Assembly: GCA_964016885.1 (NCBI GenBank)
Contig: OZ024752.1
Coordinates: 27,714,001-27,778,000, forward strand
Direction of reading: 5' to 3'
From: Eledone cirrhosa
Taxonomy: Eukaryota
DNA length: 64,000 nt
In this document: one piece after another, positions 50,319-64,000 of the stretch
Position numbering within the stretch: position 1 is the first letter of the stretch
Layout of the letters: every line of letters starts with the position of its first letter
Translations under genes and position numbers: made by a program
Notes under the pieces: model-generated
Told to the model about the DNA's origin: nothing
The model's database searches: none
What the model saw: only the letters and a program-made list of their open reading frames with translations

Positions 50319-50320
<2 letters not shown>
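49926..50320. mobile_element. Fold-back element (~155-bp perfect arms + ~70-bp tail) with a hammerhead-like core; relative at 54860-54996
   Basis: Arms 49926-50080 and 50098-50252; CTGATGA-t-ttc-taat-gaa-t-GAAA-cagt-TC; (AT)n on both sides. Confidence 0.8.
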
Positions 50321-50374
<54 letters not shown>

Positions 50375-50384
50375 CTCCCGTTCG

Positions 50385-50729
50385 CTAGTAGTGGGGTTCC
50401 TTCTTTCTCACACTGCATTCACGGCGTACGGTCTGCTTCTCTGACCGCTTATGAAATTCACCTAGCTTATGCTGATCGGATAACTATCATGTTGCTTGCT
50501 GTTTTTCCAACCTTCGGTTCGCTTTTCCTTCTGTTGTTTACTTGTCTCACTCGCTTTACGCGTTTCACTTGTCCCAATAGCTTATTTTTGTTATTGCTCG
50601 CACCAACCTGAGGTATCTGATTTTCAATGCGATGAAATACCAATGATGGTTGGCAAATCACTGATGAGGGACTAATTTTATAATATGTAATCCATGTGCA
50701 ACCTCGCAGTATCTTCCTCCCCTTGTTTT

Positions 50730-50730
<1 letters not shown>
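50385..50730. repeat. Dispersed ~350-bp repeat; inverted diverged copy at ~59230-59580
   Basis: cacctagcttatgct..., ctcgctttacgcgttt..., caaatcactgatgagggact shared in reverse complement. Confidence 0.75.
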
Positions 50731-50768
<38 letters not shown>

Positions 50769-51030
50769 TAGATAGATGTATATATATATATATATATATA
50801 CATATGTATATATATATATATTGTTATACTTGGGGAGGGTCATATTTGTGTAATATTGCCAGAATTAATAACAGAACACACTCACTGTTTGGTTGGTTTT
50901 CGCTTCTCGCTGTCTTTTATATCTGCGATCTAACTTAATCGGTCCTCAATGTTGCCATTGACTGACCGACGGTCAAAAATAATACAGATACAATATAGAC
51001 ACAAACACATATATATAGTTTACATAATTT

Positions 51031-51070
51031 ACATAAATCTTTCGTTGCACATCTGCAACATCGTCAGTGT
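51031..51070 (-). ncRNA. Hammerhead ribozyme in the 3' pseudo-LTR of the Penelope element
   Basis: aca-CTGACGA-t-gttgca-gatg-tgcaac-GAAA-gatt-TA-tgt. Confidence 0.7.
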
Positions 51071-51341
51071 TGTTATATTTTTTCCTCCTGTTGTGTTGTA
51101 TGTCTACGCCATTTTTTATTCAGTCTGTCTATATATTTATTTATTTATTTGCTTGTTTGTTTATTTTATTTTGTCTTCTTTGCGCATGCGTTTGCGTGTG
51201 TGTATAGTGTTATGTTTGCTGTGTGACTAGTGTGTATAGTGTTGTGTCTGCTGGGTGACTAGTGTGTGTTTATGTGCTTGTTGTTATTGTGCTTGTGTAT
51301 GTATTTATTTATCTTATTTTATTTTATTTTATTTACTTATT

Positions 51342-54320
51342 TATACTTCTCTTAGGTCAGTGTTGTTTGTTTGGGTGTTGTTGTTCCACTCATTCTTTCT
51401 GTTTAGCTTTGGTCTTCTAATTTCTATTTCACTGGCCTCTCTGATTTGCCTATCTGCTGGGTCATTCCTATGTTTAGATATTATTCTAATTTCTATGTTG
51501 TCTATGTTACCGTCATGTTGTTGTCTAGCATGTTCGTATAGTACTGATCCGTTTTTTCGTCCTTTTAATTCCCCCAGTGTTGGTCTATCCTTTCACCTAT
51601 GCTACGAGCTGTTTCGCCTATGTATGTTGTTGTCATGTTTCTGCAAGTACCCTCTGTACATCTTATGCTATAGACTACGTTTCTAGTTTTACAATTTATC
51701 CGGGGGTTCACCTTACATATGATACATTTCCTATTGGTACAGTGGGTTTTCTTAAAGGTGTAGGTTTTGCTGATCAGGGATGTTATGGTGGTTCCTGGCT
51801 TTTCTACCACGTTTATTTTTAAGTGGGTCTTTCTCAGGGCCTTTCTACACAGGTTAGCTAATTTCCCTCCAGGGGTGGCGTCCACAAACATGACACTCTG
51901 ATATCTCTGGTTGTCGTACCATGATGTGGCTTTCCCTATCTTATGTCTAGCCCTATCTAAGCTATTCCATGATTTGCTCCTGTATAATGGGAAAATTCCT
52001 TTCATGTCCAGTTCTATGAGGGTCTTATACTTTTCCATGGCTCCTTCGTATACTCTGACTCTGTCTCTTTGGTTGTAGCCAGAGAACTGCATGCGGTTGA
52101 TGAAGTGTTGGGTGTGTCTTTCCATTTCTGTTGGGTCGCACATGCTGGACACATTCTTCATCACTCGTACCAAATCTGCGATCAGAATATTAAACTTAGC
52201 ACTACTGGACATTGCTGAGTTTTTGAGTATCAGGTATTTGGAGGCCATGGGTTTAGCATAGTGTGACTGGAGAATTTGGGCTCTCTCGTCTATAGTGTTA
52301 ATCCAGAGTTCTGTGTCTAATACAGGTAGTCTATTGTTAGGGTGTTTGGAAGGGAAGTCGATAGTTACAGTTATACTCTGGTGTATGGAATTAGCTATCT
52401 GCTGGATGCTTTCCATCATGCTACGTTCTAATTCAAACTTGTTAGTGCTCTCTAGTGGGGGTGTTCTTATAACTATATTGATATCGTCTACATAACGAGA
52501 GTACATGATGAGCTTTCATTAAGGAGATCTTTAAGTCTCCTTTCCCACCATACCATGAAAAGGTTGGCAACATCACCAGCTATGCTGACGCCGATGGCTG
52601 CTCCCTCATTTTGGGTGTAGATTTTCTCATTGAACTTAAATATGTGGCCCTTTAGGGTAGTTTTGATACTAGCCGCTATTGCATGTGCGACCATTTTTCT
52701 TACCTGATCATTGTTTTGGGGGGTCCGTATAGCTTTGGTCCACCCAATCCACCTTCCCATGGGAGTCTTTTTTGCCATTGAGGTTATGGTGAGGGGTCTA
52801 CCTCTTATAGGTCTACTAGGGCAGAAACATCTAAGGTCATGGCTGTCTAGGTAGTCAGTGTCGTAGGTAAGTCTAAGTAGGAGGCCCAGTTCGTCTGTGT
52901 CGACGTCGCAGAACTCCACCTCACTCTCGATGATCATCTCCACACATCTTTTCACAGCAAAATCAATGTTAATGGATGGGTACAGTGACACCACATCCGT
53001 GCTGCCTATTATGCAGTTGGATAGGCTCCTGTTTTTGTTGCACTCACTGATTCTGCTGAGGAGGTCCTCTGTACTTTCACATACATCTGGGGACATCTTG
53101 ATTATGGGGCGTATAACCATCGAGAGGAAGTAGGAGATCCTGTAGTTGCTAGCTATATTAGCTCCGCATACGGGTCTTGTTGGTGGTCCTGTTGTCGGGT
53201 CGTCGACTGTCTTGTGGTCTTTGCGGAGCCCATACAAGGGTGGTATGCCATTGTTAGACGCCTGGAAGTTGTTGGCAGTGCGTCTGCTTGGTTTTAGGAT
53301 GTCAGTCCACATCATCATGTGAGCGTTGAGGATTTTTTCTCTCCCATCGTGTGTTTGTTGTGCAACTTCGCTCGTGTTGGTGATGTGGTGTTGCATAGCC
53401 TCGATGTAGTTCGGCATGCTATCTATTGACATCCTACCAGACTTATCTGTGGGTAGACACACTACCTCACCATCCCTTGTGCGCTGCTAGAGGCTAACCA
53501 AGCCTTCTACAGGTTTCCTCCCAAGTTGTTGGGCCTCTGGTCTGCTCTGTCTCTTAGTATACCTGTCTACTACTTGTCTAATCTTATTTCTAGCTATGGT
53601 GAACTGTGCCTCTGTCTCGTCATCTATTTGCTGTGGTATGCAAACTCTTTTATTAAAGGGTAACCTCGTAGGATAGATATTACCCATCTTATATGTTTTG
53701 TCAGCTGGGTTGAAAAATAGTTTCTCTAAGGGGTTGTCATTATATCTATCGTCATAGTTGTGTGTGTGTGTGTTGCTATTGTTGTTATCAGGGTGCTTGT
53801 TGTTGTTTCTATCATTAGCATTATTATTATTGTTATGATTGCTAGATGTATTGTTGTTTACTTCACCGTTATTGTTGTTACTGTTATTTCTACCATTGTG
53901 GTTGTTACTATTATTATGTTTCTTGTTTTTGTTGATGTTGCTACATGTACTATTTCCATTATTACCACTGTGGTTATTGTTGTTGTTGTTCCTATTGTTA
54001 CCGTTATTACTACTGTGGTCGCTGTTGCTGTGTCTGTGGTTAATGTTTCTATTATTATTATTATTGTGGTTGTTCATCCTTACGGGGTCGATTAAATAAA
54101 GTACCAGTAATCTACTGGGTAATTGCTGGCCTTGTGCCAAAAGTAGAAACAATTATTATTGTGGTTGTTGTTGTTCTATCTATCGTTAGTATTATTACCA
54201 TTATCACTATTTCTCACTTTCCTGCCATTGTTATAGTTATGGCTGTTATTTATATACTCAGAGTTATTGTTTATATTACTACTACCGTTATTATTGTTGT
54301 TTACCTTTGCATTCCAACGT
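51342..54320 (-). pseudogene. Penelope-like RT-GIY-YIG ORF, broken by frameshifts (~53490, ~52500, ~51572) and a SINE insertion
   Basis: PTDKSG, LYGLRKDHK, TRPV, DVVSLYPSI, GAAIG, RYVDD, LPVLD; VVYSIRC..YIGETARSIGERIDQH; after the shift RQIREA..LNRKNEW. Confidence 0.9.
54074..54160 (+). mobile_element. SINE 3' fragment nested in the Asn-rich region of the Penelope ORF
   Basis: tcatccttacggggtcgattaaataaagtaccagtaat...ggccttgtgccaaaagtagaaacaattattatt matches 46147-46233. Confidence 0.85.
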
Positions 54321-54503
54321 ATTTTTGTGAAACACTTTTCCAGCTCCCCAAGTATAACAATATTTGTTTCGACACACGATTTCATATAAAAAACCACGCT
54401 AAGCTAATTCATCGCCGCTATATATATATATATATATGCATATATAGAGTCCAGAAATACCCGTCGAAACGGCTTGAGCTCTGCCGTCGGGGTCATACTT
54501 TTT

Positions 54504-54550
<47 letters not shown>

Positions 54551-54558
<8 letters not shown>

Positions 54559-54837
54559 AGATCAAAAGATGGTTAAAGGAGTTCCATGTATTTTATTATG
54601 CGCATTTCAAAAACAAACATCATCATGCAATAATATTTGTGTTTTCATCTGATGAAAACACAAATATTATTGCATGATGATGTTTGTTTTTGAAATGCGC
54701 ATAATAAAATACATGGAACACCTTTAACCATCTTTTGATCTTATATTATGTATACTCCAGTTCTACAAACTGTAGAGTGCTTCTTATCCGATATCTGCAT
54801 TGCTTTATTGTACTACAATAAAACTCACCTCCTACAT
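54551..54837. mobile_element. Short fold-back copy of the 21893-23125 family; palindrome centred on the hammerhead CTGATGA box
   Basis: Arms ~54551-54649 and 54651-54749 with centre ttcatc-t-gatgaa, and the same 3' tail (tactccag...aaactcacctcctacat). Confidence 0.88.
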
Positions 54838-55099
54838 ATATATATATATATATATATATGACTGTCAGCTTCCTGATGATTTCACACGAATAAAACAGTT
54901 CTAGTTTTATATTAGTTCTATATTAAATAGTTATACTCTGCTTCGTATTAAATACCTTACTTACTGTGGTTACCCCCGATTGAACCCGGGATAAACTTAT
55001 ATATACATATATATATACACACATATATATATATATATCCATATATACACATATATATATATATATACACATATATATATATACACACATACATATATA

Positions 55100-55175
<76 letters not shown>

Positions 55176-55459
55176 AATATATATGTAAGTGTGTGTGTAC
55201 GTGTGTGTGTGGTGTGTGAGTGTTTATAAATAATGTATTTTTGAACCGCCAGACGTCTAGGAAGTTTCGAATTTTTGTGATAGCTTAAATTATTAGTTTC
55301 AACGTATATCATTATGGAAAATAGTCATATAAGTTTAGTGAATGTCAGAAGAGGAAAACGGAAAAAATGTACAGCGATTCCCACAGTAGAAAGCTTTTCC
55401 GTTTCCCTAAATTGGCACGATATTTCAAGAAACACACACACACATACACACACATATAT

Positions 55460-55728
55460 ATAACGAAGGAATAGTAGTAAGGAACCAGATGGACCATAAC
55501 GCACCAGAGTACTTAGGGTAGTCGAGTGGATAATAGGAAAATGTTTGACCTCGACGGCAGAGCTCATGCCGTTTCGACGGCTATTTTTGGACAGCTAGTC
55601 CATAAATAGCCGTGGAAACGGCTTGAGCTCTGCCGTCGGGGTCTAACATTTTCCTATTACCCAATCTAAGTATTGAGTACATTGGTGCGTTTTGGTCCAT
55701 CTGGTTCCTTACCACACTTCCGTCATTA
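55460..55728. mobile_element. Full palindromic copy of the 'gccgtcgaaacggc' family
   Basis: Arms of ~130 bp around ggac-agcta-gtcc. Confidence 0.8.
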
Positions 55729-55884
55729 TATATATTTAAACTACATAGAAATCACTGCGTACTCGCAGCATCACTATGGAAACGTCTTGTTGAGTCAAAC
55801 CAAATGTTAATACTGTCCACTACTCGGAGTACCCCAACTGGACTATATCTAAGTGGACTACCTATAACAATAATTTGTTATCCC

Positions 55885-55939
<55 letters not shown>

Positions 55940-55944
55940 CATAT

Positions 55945-56812
55945 AGGGTTTAGTATGGTGGTTAGGACGGAACAGGAGGAGAATGAAGAAAGGCATTTCC
56001 ATCGTCAGCTGTAAATGTTTCCCGAACCGATGATTCGGCGCTTAATTACAGGACATCGGTGTAGTTCGGGTGCGCCCTAGGCTTTTTGTATTTACCGCTG
56101 TGACCCTACCTGTTTTGGACGATCTGCGTTCCCTCCATGCTTTCGCATCGACCCTCCCTTCTCTCTTCCCTTCTCCTCTTCACTCTCGTTTTTTTCTCTC
56201 TCCCTCTCTCTCTCTCTATCCATCCGTTCGGTTTTGATTGTTGACATGTTTACACGTGCCGTGGTGGCCTCTCTGTCCGCAATCTTTGCGGCCCGTTTTT
56301 ACAACCGTCGTAAAAAACCCTTCTGGATGATCTCCCTTTCCCTTCTCCTCCTCACTTTTGGTTGCCCGTGTCTCTCTCTCACATTCTCCTGTCTATGTGA
56401 GAGGCAGCACGATTATACCAACTCTAAAGTCTCCCAGGCTGGCCACAAATTACTTTCCCTATTTTTCCACGGTTACTTTTTTGCATGTTTCTTTCACCTG
56501 TGTCTTCCCATGATGGGATCTGTACACTTTTGTGTTACTATTCCTTTCCTATTTTTCCCCTTCCTTCCTTACTGCTCATCTTTTTCCCCCTGTTCCTTCC
56601 TTTCCCTCTCTTTCCTTTTCTCTTTTTTTTCTCTCTTTCACTCTCCTTTTCCACCGGGCCTTTTGATTAATAAAAGGCCTCGGCCGCACCCGAACTACAC
56701 CGATGGCCGATAATTCAGCGCCGAAACATCGGTTCGGGATACATTTACAGCTGATGATAGAAACACATTTCTTCCCTTCTCCCCCTGTTCCGTCCGACCA
56801 CCACCCTAAACC
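55945..56812. mobile_element. Element with ~140-bp diverged terminal inverted repeats, flanked by (AT)n
   Basis: 55945-56090 and 56672-56812 are reverse complements (catcggtgtagttcgggtgcg / cgcacccgaactacaccgatg); each arm has CTGA(C/T)GA-NN-GAAA. Confidence 0.75.
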
Positions 56813-56998
56813 TTGTTTTAGTAACAACACAGCTCCTTTCGTTTCATAACTTTTTGTATATATATATGTTTATATATACATATATATACATATATATATG
56901 ACCAAAATTTAACAAGGTTCATTGATTAAACAATGAATAAAGTTTTACAATAGATTAGAAGCACTCAACAGTTATGTTTTCTGGAGTTATTAATATTA

Positions 56999-57037
<39 letters not shown>

Positions 57038-57204
57038 TATATAATATGTGTATATATATATATATAAATACATATATACCTGTATATATATATGTGTGTG
57101 TGTGTGTGTTTTTATATATATATATAAATATATAGTAATAATAATAAATGTGAAGACTAAAATCCAAAGAGGGCTCGACAAGGATAAATATATATCAAAT
57201 ATAT

Positions 57205-58115
57205 AAGTATATACTACCCGTATGTTTTGTGAAGGTACGTATACCTTCTCGTACGTATATTTGATTGTTATGGCGTATAATTTTATATATTCTGGTACAT
57301 AGGGTTTGGCTATGTGTATACGGGAGTTTTTGCGTCTGTGTGAGTATGCAGGTTCGTACGTATGGTGGGTGTGTGTATATGTCTACTCTTGTTTTAGTTG
57401 ACTTACGTCTCCGAACATTCGTGTATTTATATGTAGGTATGTGTGTGCGCTTGTTATATACGTATTTATTTATTTATATACGTTTATATAATTATTTATT
57501 TATTTGTATACACGCATACACACACACACATATTTATATGCGCGTGGTTTTGTATACCTATGGTAAGGTTTTGCGTATGCTTGTGTATGTACGTATTTGT
57601 TTGCGTGTATATATTTATTTATTTCTATTACTTCTGTATTGTATTTATTTACTTTGTTCTTAACTCTGTAGCGGAGATTCATTTGGTCTCCTAGTTAGAA
57701 TTTTAGTCTACGACTTCTGCTATACCATTTACGTGGTTTTGTCTTTGCGTGCTATTGTTATCCACGCTCCACATATGACGTATTATCTTCGTTTTTTCGT
57801 TCATTGCCAGAGAACGTCTCTATGCACCACCTAAGAGAACATTAGTCTACGACCTCTTTTATACCATAGACGTGGTTCTGTCTTTGCGCGTAATTGCTTT
57901 TCCCCGCTCCTATTAATGACGTATTATTCGTTTTTTCCCGTTCTTCGCCAGCGAACGTTTCCACGAACCAAAGTATCGTCTTCCTGTCTCCCTCCGGTTG
58001 CAACGTTTTTTGAAATATCCAGTTCTGCGTTCACAGATTGACTTTGTTAGTTTCAGAAGATCCCGTTAAGGGTGAAAGCAGCGATTCTTTGCTTAAACTT
58101 TAATCTGTTATTTTA
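57205..58115. repeat. Inverted diverged copy of the 8005-8945 dispersed repeat
   Basis: Colinear reverse-complement similarity. Confidence 0.85.
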
Positions 58116-58623
58116 ATAAATATATAAATATGTATATATATTACTTCAAAATATTAATAAATATAGACATTCATGTGATCAAATATATTTTATTATACAT
58201 ATTTCAGATGTAATGAGCTATTTCATCAGTACGTCCTCATCAGATGCAATAAATTGATGTTTCACATACCTCAACTGTGCTGATGCTTCAATTCCAGTCT
58301 TGGCAGTCTCTCTATATATATACATATAGTCGCATACTGGAAATAACTATAATAACTATAATAATAATCGATAAATTTAAATAATATTTGAATAAATCTG
58401 ATAAAATACCACTGAGGACGGAAAGTATGGAAACATGACGCCTACGTATTATAGAGAAGCGCGTTTAGATATTATGCCAAAGTGATCTGGCCTCCAGAGT
58501 CTCTTGCAATGGTCAAACCTCCTTACCCTCTATACGAGAGATGTGTGAGTCAATTGGACTATTTTTCTTGTCCCAAAAGTAAGTTAGTAAGTTAGCCAAT
58601 TCTTACAATCAGTTATCTACACA

Positions 58624-59231
<608 letters not shown>

Positions 59232-59691
59232 GAAAAAATGGGGAGAAGAATACTGCTGGTTGCACATGGATAACATGTAATAAAATAAGTCCCTCATCAG
59301 TGATTTGCCCACGATCATAGATATTTCATTGCATTAAAAATCATATACCTCACGTCGGTGCAATAATAACTAAATTAAGTTATTAGGACAATTAAAACGC
59401 GTAAAGCGAGTGAAACAAGATAACAACAAAGAGGATAGCTAACCGTAGAAGGAAGGGAACAAGCTTCATAGTTATTCTGTTAGCATAAGCTAGGTGAATA
59501 TATGAGGGCTTAGAAAAAAGACCTTTCAGGAGCGAATTCAAATGTGAGAAGAGAGAAAATGATTTCGTCGCGAACGGGGTGAAGTGAGAAGAGGAGAAAC
59601 AGTGAGTGAGTGGAAGTGTGAGGAAGAGTTAACTGACATGACAGAGGGGGCGAAAGAAAGTAGGAGAAACAGAGAGAGCGAGGGAGCAGTA

Positions 59692-59791
<100 letters not shown>

Positions 59792-60526
59792 GAATAATCT
59801 AGTATCGGAAAATCAGCTCACGAATTTACGATAAACAAATCCGACATGAGTGGCAGAGGGCTCAATAATTCAGAAAAATCAGAGCTATAACTATCGTTAA
59901 AATACCAACACACAAAGATTATGCCTAAAATCACCCATGCAGCCGAATATATTATATATGTGTGTGTGTGAGAGAGTGGGTTTGTGTGTGTATGTGTGGG
60001 GAGGGAGTGAGTTTGAATATGTGTTTGTGTGTGTGTACGTGTGTGGGTGCGAGTTTGTGCGTTTGTGTGTGTGTGTTTGTGTGTGCGTATGTGTGTGGAT
60101 GCGAGTGTATGTGTGCGTGTGTGCGTGTGTGTTTTGTGTGTGTGTGGGTGGGTGTATGTGTGTGTATGTGTTTGTTTGTATTCGTGTGTGTTAGTGTTCG
60201 CAGCCGTTAAGTCTAGCTTAGGAAAATACAGGTAAAACCGAAATAAAGATACGACAAGAGAATAGAGTGGATAAATATATATATAGATGTATAAATAGAA
60301 TGTGACTAAATATGGAGGTTATGGAGGTGAGAAAATAGTATGGGAGATGCCGAATAAAAGGAAATAGAAGATGTGTTAGGACAAAGAAGAGGAAAGAGAG
60401 AAATGGATGAACTGATGTTAACATGGACATTACGATTGAAATGATAAAATACTATTAAGATAATTGAAGGAGCTGGAGGGGAAGATGATAAATGTTCCAG
60501 TTGTGGCTGGAGATAAAGAGAGAGAC

Positions 60527-60598
<72 letters not shown>

Positions 60599-60698
60599 GT
60601 GGGAGGGGAGGGGGAGACATCATGGGCGGGAGATAACGACGAGAGGGAGAGAAAGAGTGAGATAGCGAGAGAGAGACAGTGAGAGAAAGAGACAGAGA

Positions 60699-60746
<48 letters not shown>

Positions 60747-60759
60747 TGATACAGAGACA

Positions 60760-60799
<40 letters not shown>

Positions 60800-61097
60800 T
60801 CAGAGCAAACAGCACGGACACTCTATCTCAAAATTATTTTTGAAAAGCATTTAGAAATGCGCAACCGGTAAAAACTTAAAAACTTAAAACCACAACTGAA
60901 TACTAACCCATACAATCACTAATACTCTTTTATTCCTAATTAAACCATTTTTCAACTGTGAACAATTTGTCAGCATTTTCTATTCCGTTTACCAATATAT
61001 ATATATATACATATATATAAATATTGAAGTTTCCGTTGAAAATTGAAACAGTCATAGGAGTGAAGAGTGTTTATTATACATTACATATATATATATA

Positions 61098-63227
61098 TAA
61101 GTCTAAAAAAATCCATGTCCACTCGGACAAAACTGGTAACTTATATCATATGGATATTGAACATTATAATGAGTTCATATATAAAGAACTCAGAAAAAAT
61201 TATAAAAAATCTAATAATGCGTCACTCACCAACATCAACAACAAAACACACAACATAGTAAAAAAACTAAACATTGAAGATAGAACTGAACCTTTGGCAT
61301 TGAAAAGACCACACTTCAACCTGAAGGATCATAAATCAAACTTTAACTCAAATCCTTCTATTAGACTTATATGTCCCTCCAAATCAGATATTGGAATAAT
61401 TAGCAAAAAAATGTTGGATAGAGTCATCCCACAAATAAGAAAACACGTTATTTTACCACTCTGGGAAAACACCTCCCAGGTAATTAACTGGTTTAAAAAT
61501 ATTAGATGTAAATCTTCTGCTTCATTTCTACAATTTGATATAGATAATTACTATTCTTCTATATCACCTATACTCCTGAACAAAGCATTGATATTTGCTA
61601 AAAATAGATCTAACTTAACTTTGGATGACATTAATATTATTACACATGCTAGACTAACACTTATTGAATTTCAGAATGAATACTGGACCAGAAACACATA
61701 TAGTAATCTTTTTGATATTACTATGGGTTCAAGCGATTCCGCCCAAATTACTGATCTTGTGGGCCTCTTTCTCCTTTTCAACATAAATGCCTCCTTTCCC
61801 CACCTCAAAGGTGGTTTATATCGTGATGACTGTCTTCTTCTTTCTAACAACCTTAGCCTTTCAGAAATTGAAAAAAACAAAAAACATATTAGAACTTTCC
61901 TTAAAGACTATTATAATCTTAATATTACTTTTGAAAAAACAAGTAAAGTAGTAAATTTCCTAGATATAACTTTAGATTTAGCTACGGGTATCTACCAACC
62001 TTACCATAAACCAAACCAAAACTTACATTACATACACTCACAATCTAATCACCCTAAATCTATCCTTAAAAACCTTGCATATAATATATCACTTAGAATT
62101 TCTAACCTTTCTTCTAACCAAGATGTATTTGATAAAAATGCGACCTTCTATAACGAAGCTCTAGATAGAAGTGGCCACAAAAATAGATTAGAATATATAC
62201 CTTCTACTAAAAATACTGAAAGCATACAACCTAATATTACCAACAAACACCAAATGAAAAGTACACACCTAAATGCCACCCACACTATACCCCAAAATAC
62301 CAAATCTTCTAATATAAAGTATAGTAACTCTCAAAAAACTACTTATCATACAACTCTAATAAATATTAATAATAAAACTCCTAATAAAAAGGATAAAACA
62401 CCTAAATCTACAAATATAACTAAAAATGGTTGTGGTGAGATCATTAACATTAATCCTCCTAGTAAAAATCACGATACAACCTATAAAAATAATAAAAATA
62501 ATAAACAACATAGAAACCGTAATAGACGGGTTACTTGGTATAATGCTCCATTTAATTTACAAATTAAGGATAATATTGCTAAAAAAAAATTTTTTATATC
62601 CTAGAGAAAAACTTCCCGCCAAACCACAAATACCATCAAATCTTAAATAGGTCTACAGTTAAATTCTCATACTCTACAACAAATAACATAAAACAAAATA
62701 TAAGTGCCTATAATGCATATAAATGTAAGAAAACCATAAGTATACCACCAGTACATCAAATTAACCATAATATCTCCTCAAATACAGAATTAACGAAAGG
62801 TTGTAACTGTAGAAACAAAGCAAACTGCCCATTAAAAGGGAATTGTCTTGTTAACAACATAGTCTATAAATGTAATGTTAAAACTAAAGATTCTATTTGC
62901 TCATATATAGGAGCTACCTCTAACAATTTTAAGACAAGGTTTAATACCCACAAGCATAGTTTTAAAAATGCCGCACTGGCTAATACAACATCTCTAGCAG
63001 AAAAAATCAATAGTTATAAAAATAAGAATATAGAATATGATTTGACCTGGAGTGTGCTCAAAAGAGCCACCCCTTATCAAAATAATAGAAATGAATGTAG
63101 ATTATGTTCCCAAGAACTATTTGAAATAATGAAATCTAAGGATATCCTATTAAATAAACGACAGGAATTAATTATATCGTGTAATCATAAACTAAAAAAA
63201 ACATTTAAATATTATAAACCTAATTAA
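61098..63227 (+). pseudogene. 5'-truncated Penelope-like element (RT with YRDD + GIY-YIG), one frameshift in the A/T run at ~62581-62595
   Basis: DKTGNLY, LKDHK, QFDIDNYYSSI, TMGSSDSAQITDL, GLYRDD, VNFLD; after the shift CNCR..CPLKGNC, IVYKC..YIGAT..FKTRFNTH, CRLC..E..LLNKRQE..CNH. Confidence 0.9.
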
Positions 63228-64000
63228 TAACATTATTTTAGAAATTAATTTAATTTAAATGTTAGTTAACCTATAAATTTAATTTAATTAAAATTCTATT
63301 ACAGATGAGAATATAAAATATTATGTAATCATAAATTGTGAAAAACCTTTAAATATTACTAATATATACTTAGTAATTTAATTTATAGATTAATTTTAAT
63401 TTATTTAAACCTTTTATTATAATTCTTTTACAGATAAAATATAACAAAATATCGTGTATCCAATGACAGAGAAATAATTTTTAGTATTATAGACCTAATT
63501 AATATACATTTTAGAAATATATTTATAATTTGGTTTTAATTTTAATCAACCTAAAAATTTAATTTAATTGGCTTAAAATTAATATCCTTATACAGACGAA
63601 TTGCAGAATGTCATGTAATCATAGAATGGGATGTGTTTTGGATTTATACCTAGTTAATATATTCTTTGCAATTTTTGAAAAAATATGTATATGTATATGT
63701 GTATGTGTATGTGTGTGCGTATGTATATGTGTATATATGTGTATATATATGTATATATATGTATATATATATGTGTATGTATATGTATATGTATATGTAT
63801 TAATTTTGATTTCTATTTGCATATAATTATATTCTGCTATTGATAAAATACAATATCTGTTTTATTTATTATATACCTAATTAACATATACTATAGAAAT
63901 AAATATATAATTTTTAATTTAATTAACCTATAATTTATATTCTACTACCGATGTAATACTTTATTTGTTTTTTCCCTATTACTAAATTCATTTCCTAATA

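Larger units (their letters stand above)
50818..54418 (-). mobile_element. Penelope-like retroelement (Asn-rich N-terminus, RT, GIY-YIG) with a 3' hammerhead-bearing pseudo-LTR and an inverted terminal piece at the other end
   Basis: Coding fragments listed below; terminal motif atattgttatacttggg at 50819 and its reverse complement at ~54347-54363; (AT)n flanks. Confidence 0.88.

Noticed and set aside
50655-50690. CTGATGAGGGAC box in the 350-bp repeat (also ~59288-59300 on minus)
   Set aside because: No matching stem II or GAAA in either copy.
61024-61097. N-terminal extension of the 526-aa ORF
   Set aside because: Read-through across an (AT)n tract and a short repeat also found at ~21822-21868; not part of the Penelope coding region.

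Overview
AT-rich, microsatellite-dense eukaryotic DNA, almost certainly from a coleoid cephalopod and probably Octopus. The only host gene is a spliced S-crystallin (GST-sigma-derived lens protein) on the minus strand, with 5 coding exons at 29266-18798 giving 205 aa; no 'long-loop' exon was found. The rest is transposon-derived: a 39-bp minisatellite, a 5'-truncated R4/Dong-type RT-RLE retrotransposon in (TAA)n, a near-full-length Tx1/L1-clade LINE in degenerate (TCTA)n, a CRE-type RLE fragment, three Penelope-like elements (RT + GIY-YIG), tRNA-type SINEs and a hAT-like MITE. The most striking signal is non-coding. About 11 nearly identical 469-bp units at 36.9-42.0 kb each carry a complete minimal type I hammerhead ribozyme and are arranged as two inverted arms, resembling a retrozyme or circular-RNA concatemer. 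Several other families of fold-back (palindromic) elements with hammerhead or hammerhead-like motifs sit in (AT)n tracts across the window, some inside the crystallin introns. All coordinates and pairings were read by eye; no database search or folding computation was run.
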